Positions 40,401 to 49,246 of a stretch of DNA of 64,000 bases are shown here, one piece after another. Source of the stretch: an uncultured Gemmatimonadales bacterium (GTDB lineage Bacteria; Gemmatimonadota; Gemmatimonadetes; Longimicrobiales; RSA9). The DNA lies in contig CAWFKH010000005.1 in assembly GCA_963816355.1 (NCBI GenBank), positions 224,001 to 288,000 of the forward strand, written 5' to 3'. Within the stretch, counting starts at the first letter, position 1, and each line of letters begins with the position of its first letter. A model generated the notes under the pieces. The model saw nothing but the letters and a program-made list of their open reading frames with translations. It ran no database searches and was not told the DNA's origin. The position numbers and the translations under genes were made by a program.

Positions 40401-40578
40401 CGCCGTCATCGGCGGCGTCATCACGTCCACGTTCCTGACGCTCATTGCGATCCCGACGTTCTACGAGATCCTCGACGAGTGGAAGGAGTGGGTGCTGCGA
40501 AAGGTGGGGCGCAAGAAGCACGCGCCGGAGCCGCAGCCGGAGCCGCACGGCACCCCCACGCCGGTCGGCGTGGAGTAG
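37429..40578 (+). CDS. RND efflux permease (AcrB family)
   Basis: YPGASPE, GILIDDAIVVREN, GLVTKNAILLID, RLRPILMT. Confidence 0.96.
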   Translation: MFISDFSIKRPIITVVTMLALVVFGLFALFSLQTDEFPDIEQPVVAVSVAYPGASPEGVEREVTDPVEEAIAGISGVDKMQSSSMDGFAQIITFFNFEKDPQVASQEIRDKISAIRSDLPPEMKEPVLTRFDPSNFPILSLSLSSTRQTTEELSRIADPGITRELKSVAGVADVRIAGNIEREMSVLLRPAALQSAGVSVGEVVQALQTQNLAAPVGRVTGDLEERTIRLRGRLQTPQEFQRVVVAERNGRVVRLGDVADVRDATEEPRTAALFNGRPAVGIEILKSKGYSTTAVSSEIRDRVHTIQQRLPGGTKLDIVQDAGVRVEHSVRNVQETLFEGALLTVLVVFLFLNSWRSTVITGLALPISVLAAFVAVWALGFTLNTMSLLGLSLAIGILIDDAIVVRENIVRHIQMGKDHYVASQEATNEIGLAVSATTFSIIAVFVPVAFMYGVAGQWFKPFALTIAAAVLVSLFVSFSLDPMLSAYWPDPQLEEGEHRNWISRQLERFNGWFERQADRYKLVIAWALDHRLAMVFIAIGTLVGALVLQATIGGAGFVPDSDRSELTVNFETPPGSNLEYTKIKGEEAATLARSLPQVAYTFVTVGGSSGAVDQGMLYIRLLPKSERSVGALDLAQRLRQRFERIGGADFAIFSGMFGGGQKQIQVEIRGTDAKTLAAIADRAEAEVKQVEGAVDVGLSTRGQKPELEVQLDRGLASDLGINTAQVGQALRVAFAGVDAGDWVDPTGETRDVEVRLVPEARRRPADLASLPLVVQTAGAGGPKIVPLGQIATVRQGIGPAQIDHLDRERVVDVQANTSGRSLGEVTRDINARLGKLDLPPGYRITMGGDVEGQVEVFTNIFKALGIAILFMYLILVVQFGSFIDPIAIMMSLPLSLIGVVVALIVTGDTVNIMSLIGVILLMGLVTKNAILLIDFAKWGREQGLSRRDALIEAGRIRLRPILMTTFALIAGMTPVAIGAGEGADFRAPLGRAVIGGVITSTFLTLIAIPTFYEILDEWKEWVLRKVGRKKHAPEPQPEPHGTPTPVGVE

Positions 40579-40593
40579 CGGCGCGCCGCCGGA

Positions 40594-42081
40594 TCAGCCG
40601 CCCGCGGCGACCTCGCCGGCGATCGACGCGAGCGGCTCGACGCGGAACATGACCTGTGCGCCGCCGACCACCAGATGCCAGAGGACGCGGCCGTCCGGCG
40701 CGACCTCGTACGCCTCGGCCGGGCCGGTCGAGCCAGCCAGCCCCGCGCTCATGCCGAAGGCGACGAGGGTCGCGCCGTCTTCGAGGCGCCGGGCCGAGCC
40801 GACCGCTGAGGCGAAGTTGTCACGCTCGGGCCGCCACTCCCATACGACGTGTGCGGAGTCGGCGGTGAAGGCGAGCTCGACCGCCCGCGAGTAGCCGCCC
40901 CGCGCGATCCCGTTGTCGAATATCAGCACGTGGCCGGTCCGAACCTCGCGCGCCGCGTGCTGCCCCGAGAAGCGTTCCGCCTGCGGAACCGAGACGCTGG
41001 CCCCGGTGCCGCCCAGCCGCCACTCGAACGTGCGCCAGTCGGGCGCGATCGACGCCACCTGGTAGAGGTGGTGGAAGCTGATCGTGACGTTGCCCCGCGG
41101 CCCGATGCCGAGCGCGTTCGCGTGCAGCCATTCGCGCCCGAGGAGTGGACCACGATCCGCGACCGGCGAGAGGTGGTCCCACGACGTCCACATCCGCTCG
41201 GCCGTCCCCGCCTCGGGGCGCCACGACCAGATCGCGTCCCCCTCCAGCCCGGAGCCGTCGAGATCCCGCGCGTCGAACGCGATGAAGAGAAGCGCGTCGT
41301 CGCCTTGCGCGATCACGTCGTGGTGCATCTCGCGCGCCGCCGTATCCTGCGGCAGCTCGTACGGCTCCGCGCCGCCCGGCGTCACTTCGACGAGACCGCG
41401 CCCCTTGTCCATGAAGACGAAATCGCCGTTCGGCCGCCGCGCGAAGCCGAACGGGAAGTCGACCGTCCTCCAGTACCACACGACCTCACCGGCTCCGTCG
41501 ATCGCGACGTATCCCTTGAAGCCGGTCGGGTCGTAGGCGTGAACCATCGCCAGTGGTATCGACAGCTCCCCTTCGACGTCGAAGGTGAGCGCCGCGAGGT
41601 CCGGCGGCAGCGGATCCGTCGTGAACGTCCCGCTCGCGTGGGGGTCGACCACCTGGTAGTGGTACGTGCGACCCGCGTGCAGGCGAGCGAGGTAGACCAT
41701 GTGCTCCCGCGCCGCGGGCGACGCCACTGCGAAGCGCGGGCCACCCTCCTCCCGGTATTCCACCGTGATCGGGGCGGCGCGATCGAGCTCGATGCGCAGC
41801 GTGCGGGCGAGCGGCGCGCCCTCCGCCGTCAGCGTCGTCCGCACCACGGCGACGGCGGTCGCGTCCTGCCGCGTGCATCCCGCCGCCGCGACGAACAGGA
41901 GAGTGGCCGTGACGCGCCACGCACCCGGGATCGCGCGCCATCGCGGGATCTTCCCCGTGCGTGGAGGCCGCCGCGCGCCGGCGGTCGGTCGCGTGCGGCA
42001 GGCTGGCCGGCGGTCGAAGCGGGACGGGCGTCGGGAAGCGCTCATCGGGGTCACCGGCGGCTTGGAGGAAGCGTTACGCAT
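40594..42081 (-). CDS. Arylsulfotransferase (ASST)-like lipoprotein
   Basis: MHHDV, WLHANAL, FSGQHAAR, IFDNG, SRAVE; AAGC lipobox; start uncertain. Confidence 0.75.
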   Translation of the reverse strand: MRNASSKPPVTPMSASRRPSRFDRRPACRTRPTAGARRPPRTGKIPRWRAIPGAWRVTATLLFVAAAGCTRQDATAVAVVRTTLTAEGAPLARTLRIELDRAAPITVEYREEGGPRFAVASPAAREHMVYLARLHAGRTYHYQVVDPHASGTFTTDPLPPDLAALTFDVEGELSIPLAMVHAYDPTGFKGYVAIDGAGEVVWYWRTVDFPFGFARRPNGDFVFMDKGRGLVEVTPGGAEPYELPQDTAAREMHHDVIAQGDDALLFIAFDARDLDGSGLEGDAIWSWRPEAGTAERMWTSWDHLSPVADRGPLLGREWLHANALGIGPRGNVTISFHHLYQVASIAPDWRTFEWRLGGTGASVSVPQAERFSGQHAAREVRTGHVLIFDNGIARGGYSRAVELAFTADSAHVVWEWRPERDNFASAVGSARRLEDGATLVAFGMSAGLAGSTGPAEAYEVAPDGRVLWHLVVGGAQVMFRVEPLASIAGEVAAGG

Positions 42082-42303
42082 CGCGCCTCACGAATCGCAC
42101 CCCGCGCGGCGTGGGTTCCCGGCTCCGACGCCGGCAAGCGCCGGCAGCCGGGCTGGCGTTCGTCGCGCTCGCGAGCGCGGTCGTCGCCGCTCGTCACGCC
42201 GGGGCGACGGACGCCGCGGGGAACCCGGCGGCCTCCCCGCGCGAATAAGGCTCGGGCCGCGATGCGCGCGGCCGCGGAGCGGCTATCGGAAATCGGAGCG
42301 ACG

Positions 42304-44289
42304 ATGACGAGTGCGAGTGCGACGGAGCGCGTGGCGGGCGCGGTGCGGATGACGATCCCCGCGGCGGCGCCACGCCTGGTGGCCGCGGCGGCGCTGGGCC
42401 TGCTCTACCTCTCGGCGGCGCCGCGGATCGTGGCCGCGCAGGCGGCGCCGGTCCAGAACGCCGATTTGTCGATGTTCCGGCGCCTCGACCTGCCGGCGCC
42501 GAACCGCTACCGCTCCGCGTCCGGCATGCCGGGACCGGCGTACTGGCAGCAGCGGGCGAGTTACTCGATCCGCGCGTCGCTCGACACCGTGAAGAAGGCG
42601 GTCTCGGGCGAGGAGACGATCCGCTACGAGAACCACTCGCCGGACACGCTGCGCTTCGTCTGGCTGCAGATCGACCAGAACCTGTACCGCCCGGACAGCT
42701 GGGGCGCGACGCTCTTCCCAGAGGGCGCCCGCTTCGGCGGCGGCGGCTTCTCCGGCGGCATCGACATCGCGCGCGTGAGCGTCGACGGCGCGGCCGCCGA
42801 GCCGCACATCCAGGACACGGACATGCGCGTCGACCTGCCGCGCCCGCTGGCGCCCGGCGACAGCGTCTCGCTGGGCGTCGCGTGGTCGTTCCCGGTACCG
42901 GAGCACGGCTCGGACCGCATGGGGCGCCAGGGCTCGCTCTACGAGGTCGCGCAGTGGTTCCCACGCATGGTCGTCTACGACGACGTCCACGGCTGGAACG
43001 TCGACCCCTACCTTGGCCAGGGCGAGTTCTACCGCGAGTTCGGCGACTACGACGTCGCGGTCACGGTGCCGGCGAGCTACGTCGTCGCCGCGACCGGCAC
43101 GCTGCAGAATCCGCAGCAGGTGCTGACGGCGACGGAGCGTGAGCGGCTCGCGAAGGCGGCGCGAGCGACGTCGCAGGTCGCGATCATCGCCGCCGGCGAG
43201 GCCGGCATGGCGGCGACGCGGCCGGCGACGAGCGGCACCCTCACCTGGCGCTTCCGCGCGCACGACGTGCACGACTTCGCGTGGGCGGCGTCGCCGGCCT
43301 TCCGCTGGGACGCGATGACGAGCAAGCGGGGCGTCCTCTGCCAGTCGTACTACCAGGCGGCCGACACGGCGTGGGCTACCGCCGCCGACATGACGTGCTT
43401 CTCGATCGACGAGTTCTCCGACCGCTGGTTCCCCTTCCCGTGGCCCCAGGCGACGAGCGTCGCCGGGCCGGTCGGCGGCATGGAGTATCCGATGATCGTC
43501 TTCGTGCACGGCGGCGGGCCGAGCCGCGGCGTCTTCGGCACGATCGCGCACGAGCACGGCCACGAGTGGTTCCCCATGATCGTCAGCTCCAACGAGCGCC
43601 GCTACGCGTGGATGGACGAGGGCTTCAACACCTTCATCGACACCTGGCCGAACGACCGCCGCTATCCCGGCACCGACACCAAGGCGCAGTACCTCGCCGC
43701 CTACTTCCGCGGCCTCGAGCAGGGCGAGGACGAGCCGATCATGACGCCCCCCGACCGCATCGACCCGCAGGCGCTCGGCCTCGTCGGCTATCGCAAGCCC
43801 GCGATGGTGCTCCACCTGCTGCGCGACCAGGTGCTCGGGCCGGAGACCTTCGACCTCGCCTTCCGCACCTACGTCCGGCGCTGGGCGTTCAGGCACCCCA
43901 CGCCCGCCGACTTCATGCGCACCATGGAGGACGTCTCCGGGCGCGACCTCGACTGGTTCTTCCGCGAGTGGCTCTTCACCACCGACCAGCTCGACCAGGC
44001 GATCACCGGCGTCGAGCAGAAGCGGCTCCCCGACGGCCGCTGGTCCGTGAGCGTCCAGCTCGAGAGTCAGACGCCGCTCGTCATGCCCGTCGACCTCTCG
44101 CTCACCCTCGCCGGCGGCGCCACCCGGCTGGTTGAGCTGCCCGCGTTCGTCTGGTACCGCGGGCGGCACTACGTCTATACGACGACGCTGCCCGATCGCC
44201 TCGCCGCGGCGACGATCGACGCCGCCGGCGCGTTCCCGGACGTCGACCGCACCGACAACGCCTGGACCGCCGCGGCGGCGGAGCACTGA
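42304..44289 (+). CDS. Secreted M1-family zinc aminopeptidase
   Basis: YWQQRA, GGMEYP, HEHGH, WMDEGFN, FRHPTPADF. Confidence 0.92.
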   Translation: MTSASATERVAGAVRMTIPAAAPRLVAAAALGLLYLSAAPRIVAAQAAPVQNADLSMFRRLDLPAPNRYRSASGMPGPAYWQQRASYSIRASLDTVKKAVSGEETIRYENHSPDTLRFVWLQIDQNLYRPDSWGATLFPEGARFGGGGFSGGIDIARVSVDGAAAEPHIQDTDMRVDLPRPLAPGDSVSLGVAWSFPVPEHGSDRMGRQGSLYEVAQWFPRMVVYDDVHGWNVDPYLGQGEFYREFGDYDVAVTVPASYVVAATGTLQNPQQVLTATERERLAKAARATSQVAIIAAGEAGMAATRPATSGTLTWRFRAHDVHDFAWAASPAFRWDAMTSKRGVLCQSYYQAADTAWATAADMTCFSIDEFSDRWFPFPWPQATSVAGPVGGMEYPMIVFVHGGGPSRGVFGTIAHEHGHEWFPMIVSSNERRYAWMDEGFNTFIDTWPNDRRYPGTDTKAQYLAAYFRGLEQGEDEPIMTPPDRIDPQALGLVGYRKPAMVLHLLRDQVLGPETFDLAFRTYVRRWAFRHPTPADFMRTMEDVSGRDLDWFFREWLFTTDQLDQAITGVEQKRLPDGRWSVSVQLESQTPLVMPVDLSLTLAGGATRLVELPAFVWYRGRHYVYTTTLPDRLAAATIDAAGAFPDVDRTDNAWTAAAAEH

Positions 44290-44333
44290 CCGACGCTCCG
44301 GCGCGCCGGAACCCCCTCCGCCGCGCCGGGCTA

Positions 44334-44363
44334 TTGCAGGGTCCGGCGCGGAAAGGGTATAGT
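44334..44363 (+). promoter_or_regulatory. sigma-70-type promoter of the CsgG-like operon
   Basis: TTGCAG-N18-TATAGT. Confidence 0.55.
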
Positions 44364-44413
44364 GGGATGGGCGGCTCCCTGCCTCCGCCCGTGTTTCCCA
44401 GCGAGGCAATCCC

Positions 44414-45811
44414 ATGGTCGAAGCAACGCTGCCCGGACCCGCCCAGCCGAGCCCGGCCGACGGGTCGTCGCCCGCCGCTCGCCGCTCCCATCACGGCCCT
44501 GCGCTCCACCGCCTGATCGCCGCGGCCGCTTTGATCACCGCGGCCTGCGCGCCCCGCGCCACGGTGGCGCCGGCGACGGCCGCCGACATCCCGTCGCTGG
44601 AGGCGCAGCTCCGCGGCCGGCCCGGTGCCGTCGCCGTGATGGCGCGTCTCGGCGAGGCGTACCGTGCGGCGGGTCGCGAGGAGGACGCGCGCAAGGTGCT
44701 GGAGGAGGCGGTGCGCATCGACTCCACGAGCGCGCCTGCCGTCTTCTTCCTCGGCCTCACGTACGAGGATCTGAGCCGCTACGAGGACGCGGGCCGCCTC
44801 TACGCGCGCTTCGTCGAACTGGGCGGCGCGGGTCCATTGCGTGACGACATCGCGGCGCGCGTCCCCCTGGTCCACCGGCGCGCGCTGGACGCGGCGGTAC
44901 GCCTGGCGCTGGCGGACGAGGCGCGGCTCCGCTCGACGCCGCCACAGCCACGCACGATCGCCGTGTTCCCCTTCCGCTACGTCGGCACCGACGCGGCGCT
45001 GGAGCCGCTGGGCCGCGCGCTGGCCGAGATGCTGGTGACCGACCTTGCGACGACGCAGCGGCTGCGCGTCCTCGAGCGGCTGCGCGTGCAACTGCTGCTG
45101 GACGAGATCGCGCTGGGACAGGGCGGCCGCCTCGATTCGGCGACCGCGCCACGCGCCGGGTTCCTGCTCGGCGCCGGCCACGTCGTGCGCGGACAGATCG
45201 CGGGCGGTGAGCAGAGCCTCACCTTCTCCGCGGCGGTCGTCCCCGTGGGCGGAGGGCGGGCGCCGCCGGTGCTCGGCGAGCGCGACGCCGCGCGCCGTTT
45301 CTTCGCCGCCGAGGAGCGCATCGCGCTCGGCATCTTCGAGCGGCTCGGCGTGCAACTCACGCCCGCCGAGCGCGAGCGGATCGCCCATCGTCCCACGGAG
45401 AATCTGCAGGCGATCCTCGCCTACGGCCTCGGCCTGGAGGCGGAGGACCGCGGCGACTTCGACGAGGCCGCACGGCAGTTCCGCCGGGCGGTGCAACTCG
45501 ACCCCGGCTTCGAGGACGCCCGCCGCCGGGCCGCTGCCTCGGACCAGCTCGGCGCCGCGTCCTCGACCGACATCGGCGCGCTCGCGCTGCGCGGCGACTC
45601 CCGCTTCTTTTCCGGCGGCGGCCCCGGGGCGGGGGCGGCCGGCGGGCCCGGCGCCGCGACGCTCGACTGGTGGTCGCGGCGGATCGCTTTCGACGACGTC
45701 GAGCGGCTCCTCCCGGCCGGCCTCGAGCGCGATCCCGCCGTCGAGCTGCTCGGCGTCGAGGGGCTCGCCACGACGCGCGCTCTGATCCAGATCATCCTGA
45801 GGCGGCCGTGA
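44414..45811 (+). CDS. Lipoprotein with TPR, CsgG/HfaB-like domain and further TPR
   Basis: TAAC lipobox; TIAVFPF...LVTDL...VLERLRV..LLDE...LGA. Confidence 0.75.
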   Translation: MVEATLPGPAQPSPADGSSPAARRSHHGPALHRLIAAAALITAACAPRATVAPATAADIPSLEAQLRGRPGAVAVMARLGEAYRAAGREEDARKVLEEAVRIDSTSAPAVFFLGLTYEDLSRYEDAGRLYARFVELGGAGPLRDDIAARVPLVHRRALDAAVRLALADEARLRSTPPQPRTIAVFPFRYVGTDAALEPLGRALAEMLVTDLATTQRLRVLERLRVQLLLDEIALGQGGRLDSATAPRAGFLLGAGHVVRGQIAGGEQSLTFSAAVVPVGGGRAPPVLGERDAARRFFAAEERIALGIFERLGVQLTPAERERIAHRPTENLQAILAYGLGLEAEDRGDFDEAARQFRRAVQLDPGFEDARRRAAASDQLGAASSTDIGALALRGDSRFFSGGGPGAGAAGGPGAATLDWWSRRIAFDDVERLLPAGLERDPAVELLGVEGLATTRALIQIILRRP

Positions 45812-46971
45812 GCGGCGGACGGAGGGGCCGGGGCGCGGCCGCGCTGCTCGCCGCCGCGGCCCTGTTCACGGCGCCCGCGGCCGGCGCGGCGCAGGCGGCC
45901 GGCGGCGCGGCGCCCGCCGCCGGCGGCGCGGCGGGCGGCGGCGCGAGCCTCGGGGCGCTCTTCGAGCTGTACTCCTTCTCCGACGCGGCCGCGGCGGGCA
46001 TCGACCGCCTGTCGCTCTTCACGGTGCCGGTGGCGGCGCGGGTGCAGGCGTCGCCGCGTATCGCGCTGCGGCTGGACGGCGCCTTTGCGAGCGGCTCGCT
46101 GAAGCGGCCGGACGGCACGAGCACGACGATCTCCGGCCTCACCGACACGCGGCTTTCGGCGTCGACGACGCTCGGCCGCGACGCCGTCGTCGTGACCGGC
46201 CTCGTCGTCCTTCCGACGGGCATGAAGAGCCTGACCGGCGAGCAGTACGCGCTCGCGGGCGCGGTGGCCGCGGACCTGCTCCCGTTCGCGGTGACGCACT
46301 GGGGCAGCGGCGGCGGCGCCGGAGGCAGCGTCGCGCTCGCGCGGCCGCTGGGCGACTTCGGCGTGGGCGCGAGCGTCGGCTACGTCGTCGCGTTCCAGTA
46401 CGAGCCGCTCGACGGCCAGAGTGCGAGCTACCAGCCGGGCGATGCGCTGCGCGTCAACGCCGCGATCGACCACTCCGTCGGCTACGGCAAGGGCTCGCTG
46501 CGGCTCAGCTACGAACGCTTCAGTGACGACGCCTTCGACGGCCAGAACCTCTTCCGCTCCGGTGACCGCCTCGAGGTCCTCGCCTCCTACGCGTTCCCCT
46601 TCGCGGCGCGCTCCAGCGGCATCGTCTACGGCGGCGCGCTGCACCGGCAGAAGGGCAGCTACCTGCAGGACCTGACGCGATCCCCCTCGCGCAACCTGCT
46701 CGTGGTGGGCGGCGGCGCGCGTCTGCCCTCGGGGCGGGCCACCTTCGTGCCCACCGCGCAGTTGCGCGTGCTCGCCCGCTCCGACGGCCTCGGCCAGGGC
46801 TACACCGCCTCCGTCGGCGCGTCGATCGAGTGGGCGCTCCAGAGGGCGACGTTGGCGCCGCAGGTGCAGGCGCGCTTCGGCAGCGTCGACGTCAGCGCCG
46901 GCAACACGAGCGGCTTCGCCGGGTTCGCGCTGGGCGGCGCGATCCGCTTCGGTGAAGGGGGGCGGCGATGA
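45808..46971 (+). CDS. Probable outer-membrane beta-barrel protein
   Basis: Signal peptide; alternating amphipathic strands; SGLTDTRL, LPTG; ends GGAIRF plus short tail; GTGA overlap. Confidence 0.6.
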   Translation: MSGGRRGRGAAALLAAAALFTAPAAGAAQAAGGAAPAAGGAAGGGASLGALFELYSFSDAAAAGIDRLSLFTVPVAARVQASPRIALRLDGAFASGSLKRPDGTSTTISGLTDTRLSASTTLGRDAVVVTGLVVLPTGMKSLTGEQYALAGAVAADLLPFAVTHWGSGGGAGGSVALARPLGDFGVGASVGYVVAFQYEPLDGQSASYQPGDALRVNAAIDHSVGYGKGSLRLSYERFSDDAFDGQNLFRSGDRLEVLASYAFPFAARSSGIVYGGALHRQKGSYLQDLTRSPSRNLLVVGGGARLPSGRATFVPTAQLRVLARSDGLGQGYTASVGASIEWALQRATLAPQVQARFGSVDVSAGNTSGFAGFALGGAIRFGEGGRR

Positions 46972-48491
46972 GGGGCGGCGCCACGCGATTCCTCGCGACG
47001 TGCGCAGCCGTCTGCGTCGCGCTCGCCGCGTCCGCGTGCGGGGACCTCTTCTTCCGGCCGGCGGAGCGCGGGCCCGCGGACGTGCGCATCTCCTACGCGT
47101 TCGCGGCGCCGCCGGACGGCGTGGAAGGCGGTCCGGCCGAGGCGTTCGCGGCCGCGGACGCGATCACCGTTCGCGTCACGTCTCAGAGTGGCGGCGTGCT
47201 GTACGACGAGACGCTGCCGCTGAGCGGCGACCAGTCCGAAGTCGCGGTGAACGTCGACGTGGGAGACGGCGGAGCGCTGACGGTCGACGTCGTCGTCCTG
47301 GCGGAGGGCCGGCCGCTCTTCGCCGGCTCCGGGAGTCTCACGGTGCGCCCCGGCGAGACGGGCGGCACGACGATCACGCTGAGCCCCATCGCGGCCGGCG
47401 TCGCGATCGACGCTCCCGGCGACGTCGCCGCCTACGAGGAGCCGGTCCAGCTCCACGCGACGGCGGTCTTCGCGACCGGGGACAGCATTCCCGGGTCGAG
47501 CGTCGCGTGGAGCAGCCTGGATCCGCAGGTCGCGACCGTGAGCGAGGCGGGCGTGCTCGTCGCGCACGCGGACGGAACCGCGCGCATCGTCGCACGCGCG
47601 GTGGTCGCCGGCACGCCCACGGGCGCGGCCGACACCGCCTCGGTGCGGGTGCACGCGGAGGTCGCCACGGTGACGGTCGCGCCGGCGAGCGCGCGCCTGG
47701 CGGTGGGCGGGACGCAGGCGTTCGCCGTTACGCCGGAGGACCGCAACGGCAACCCGATCGTCGGCCGCGCCGCCGTCTGGACGGTGGACGACGCGGCGGT
47801 GGCCTCCGTGGACGCGCAGGGCGTCGCCCGCGCCGTGCGGCCGGGCGCCACGGTGGTCCACGCGACGGTCGACGCGAAGACGGGCGACGCGAGCCTCGCC
47901 GTCGTGCAGGCGCCGATCGTCGCGACGCTCGCGCCGACCGGCTTCGGGCCCGAGACGGCGACGTTCCTGGGTACCGTCACGCCGTTCGACGGTCCGGTGG
48001 AGGCGTGGTTCGAGTGGGGCTTCGGAACGGCGCTCGACCGGTCGACGCAGCACCAGCCGATTCCGCCCGGCGCCGCCCCCGTCCCCTTCTCGCAGATGGT
48101 TTCGCCGGGCGAGGGGTTCACCTACTCGGTGCGCGCGGTGGCCGCCAACGGCGGCGTCGTCGTCGCGGGCCAGACGATCACGTTCACCGAGCCGTACACG
48201 CTTCCTCCGGCTCCGGTGCTCGACGGGACGCTCGAGCGCGACATCGACGGCATCCCGGTGCAGGCGGACCTCACGTGGACCACCACCGGCGACAACGCGA
48301 CCGAGTTCCGCATCGAGCGCAAGCTCAGCTTCGAGAACGTCTTCTCGCTCATCGCGGTCGTGGGGAGCGACGTCCGCAGCTATCAGGAAAAGGTGGCCAA
48401 CCTCGATTCGTCGACGTTCCTCTACCGCATCACCGCCTGCAACCCGGCGGGCTGCTCGGACTTCTCGAACGTGGTCACGCTCGGCCCGTGA
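46968..48491 (+). CDS. Lipoprotein with two Big_2 domains and a C-terminal FN3
   Basis: ASAC lipobox; WSSLDPQVATV, WTVDDAAVASV; YRITACNPAGCS. Confidence 0.8.
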   Translation: MRGGATRFLATCAAVCVALAASACGDLFFRPAERGPADVRISYAFAAPPDGVEGGPAEAFAAADAITVRVTSQSGGVLYDETLPLSGDQSEVAVNVDVGDGGALTVDVVVLAEGRPLFAGSGSLTVRPGETGGTTITLSPIAAGVAIDAPGDVAAYEEPVQLHATAVFATGDSIPGSSVAWSSLDPQVATVSEAGVLVAHADGTARIVARAVVAGTPTGAADTASVRVHAEVATVTVAPASARLAVGGTQAFAVTPEDRNGNPIVGRAAVWTVDDAAVASVDAQGVARAVRPGATVVHATVDAKTGDASLAVVQAPIVATLAPTGFGPETATFLGTVTPFDGPVEAWFEWGFGTALDRSTQHQPIPPGAAPVPFSQMVSPGEGFTYSVRAVAANGGVVVAGQTITFTEPYTLPPAPVLDGTLERDIDGIPVQADLTWTTTGDNATEFRIERKLSFENVFSLIAVVGSDVRSYQEKVANLDSSTFLYRITACNPAGCSDFSNVVTLGP

Positions 48492-48517
48492 GAACCTCTG
48501 GATCCGGAGTCGAAACC

Positions 48518-49246
48518 ATGGCAGTCGCACGATCGCTGCGCGCCTCGGGCGCGATCCTCCTCCTTCTCGCCGCCGCGTTCGTGGCGACGCCCGCCCTCGC
48601 GCGCGCGCAGCAGGCGACGCCGGATACGCGGCCGGGAATCGCCGTGCTCCCGTTCGACTACGGCGGGTCGTACGGAAAGGAGAAGGAGGACTTCGATGCG
48701 CTGAAGGTCGGGTTGCAGCAGATGCTGCTGACGGAGCTGGCGCAGAACGACTCGCTGCGCATCGTCGAGCGAACGAAGCTGCGCGACCTGATGCAGGAGC
48801 AGGACCTGGGATCGTCGGGCCGCGTCGACGCCGAGACGGCGGCGCGCATCGGCAAGCTCGTCGGCGCACGCTACGTGGTGACCGGCTCCTTCACGGACCT
48901 GTTCGGCGAGGTCCGCATGGACGCGCGGATCGTGGACGGCGAGACCAGCGAGGTGCTGAAGACGGAGAGCGTGCGCGACAAGCGAGAGAAGATGTACGAC
49001 ATGCTGGTGCGACTCGCGTCGCAGGTTACGGCCGGCGTCGACCTGCCGCCGCTCGCCGTCGCCAAGCGGCAGGCGCGCCAGAAGCGGGAGATCCCCGCCG
49101 AAGCGGTGACCCTCTACTCGCGCGCGCAGGTCTTCCAGGACGGGGGCCAGAAGGAGCAGGCGATCGAGCTGTATCGCCGCATCGTCGACCGCTTCCCGCA
49201 GATGACCGAAGCGAAGGCGGCGCTGCGCCAGCTCACCGCGGGCTGA
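48518..49246 (+). CDS. Secreted CsgG/HfaB-like protein with C-terminal TPR
   Basis: Signal peptide; IAVLPF, IVERTKL..LMQEQDL, AARIGKLVGA, RIVDGETSEV. Confidence 0.8.
   Translation: MAVARSLRASGAILLLLAAAFVATPALARAQQATPDTRPGIAVLPFDYGGSYGKEKEDFDALKVGLQQMLLTELAQNDSLRIVERTKLRDLMQEQDLGSSGRVDAETAARIGKLVGARYVVTGSFTDLFGEVRMDARIVDGETSEVLKTESVRDKREKMYDMLVRLASQVTAGVDLPPLAVAKRQARQKREIPAEAVTLYSRAQVFQDGGQKEQAIELYRRIVDRFPQMTEAKAALRQLTAG

Noticed and set aside
35896..40548. 1550-aa antisense ORF and similar long Arg/Ala-rich ORFs (e.g. 22786-26403, 14932-17472)
   Set aside because: Stop-poor shadow frames expected at this GC content; no recognisable motifs
44414..49246. Curli biogenesis operon
   Set aside because: No csgA/B/E/F-like genes; only the CsgG-like fold is present
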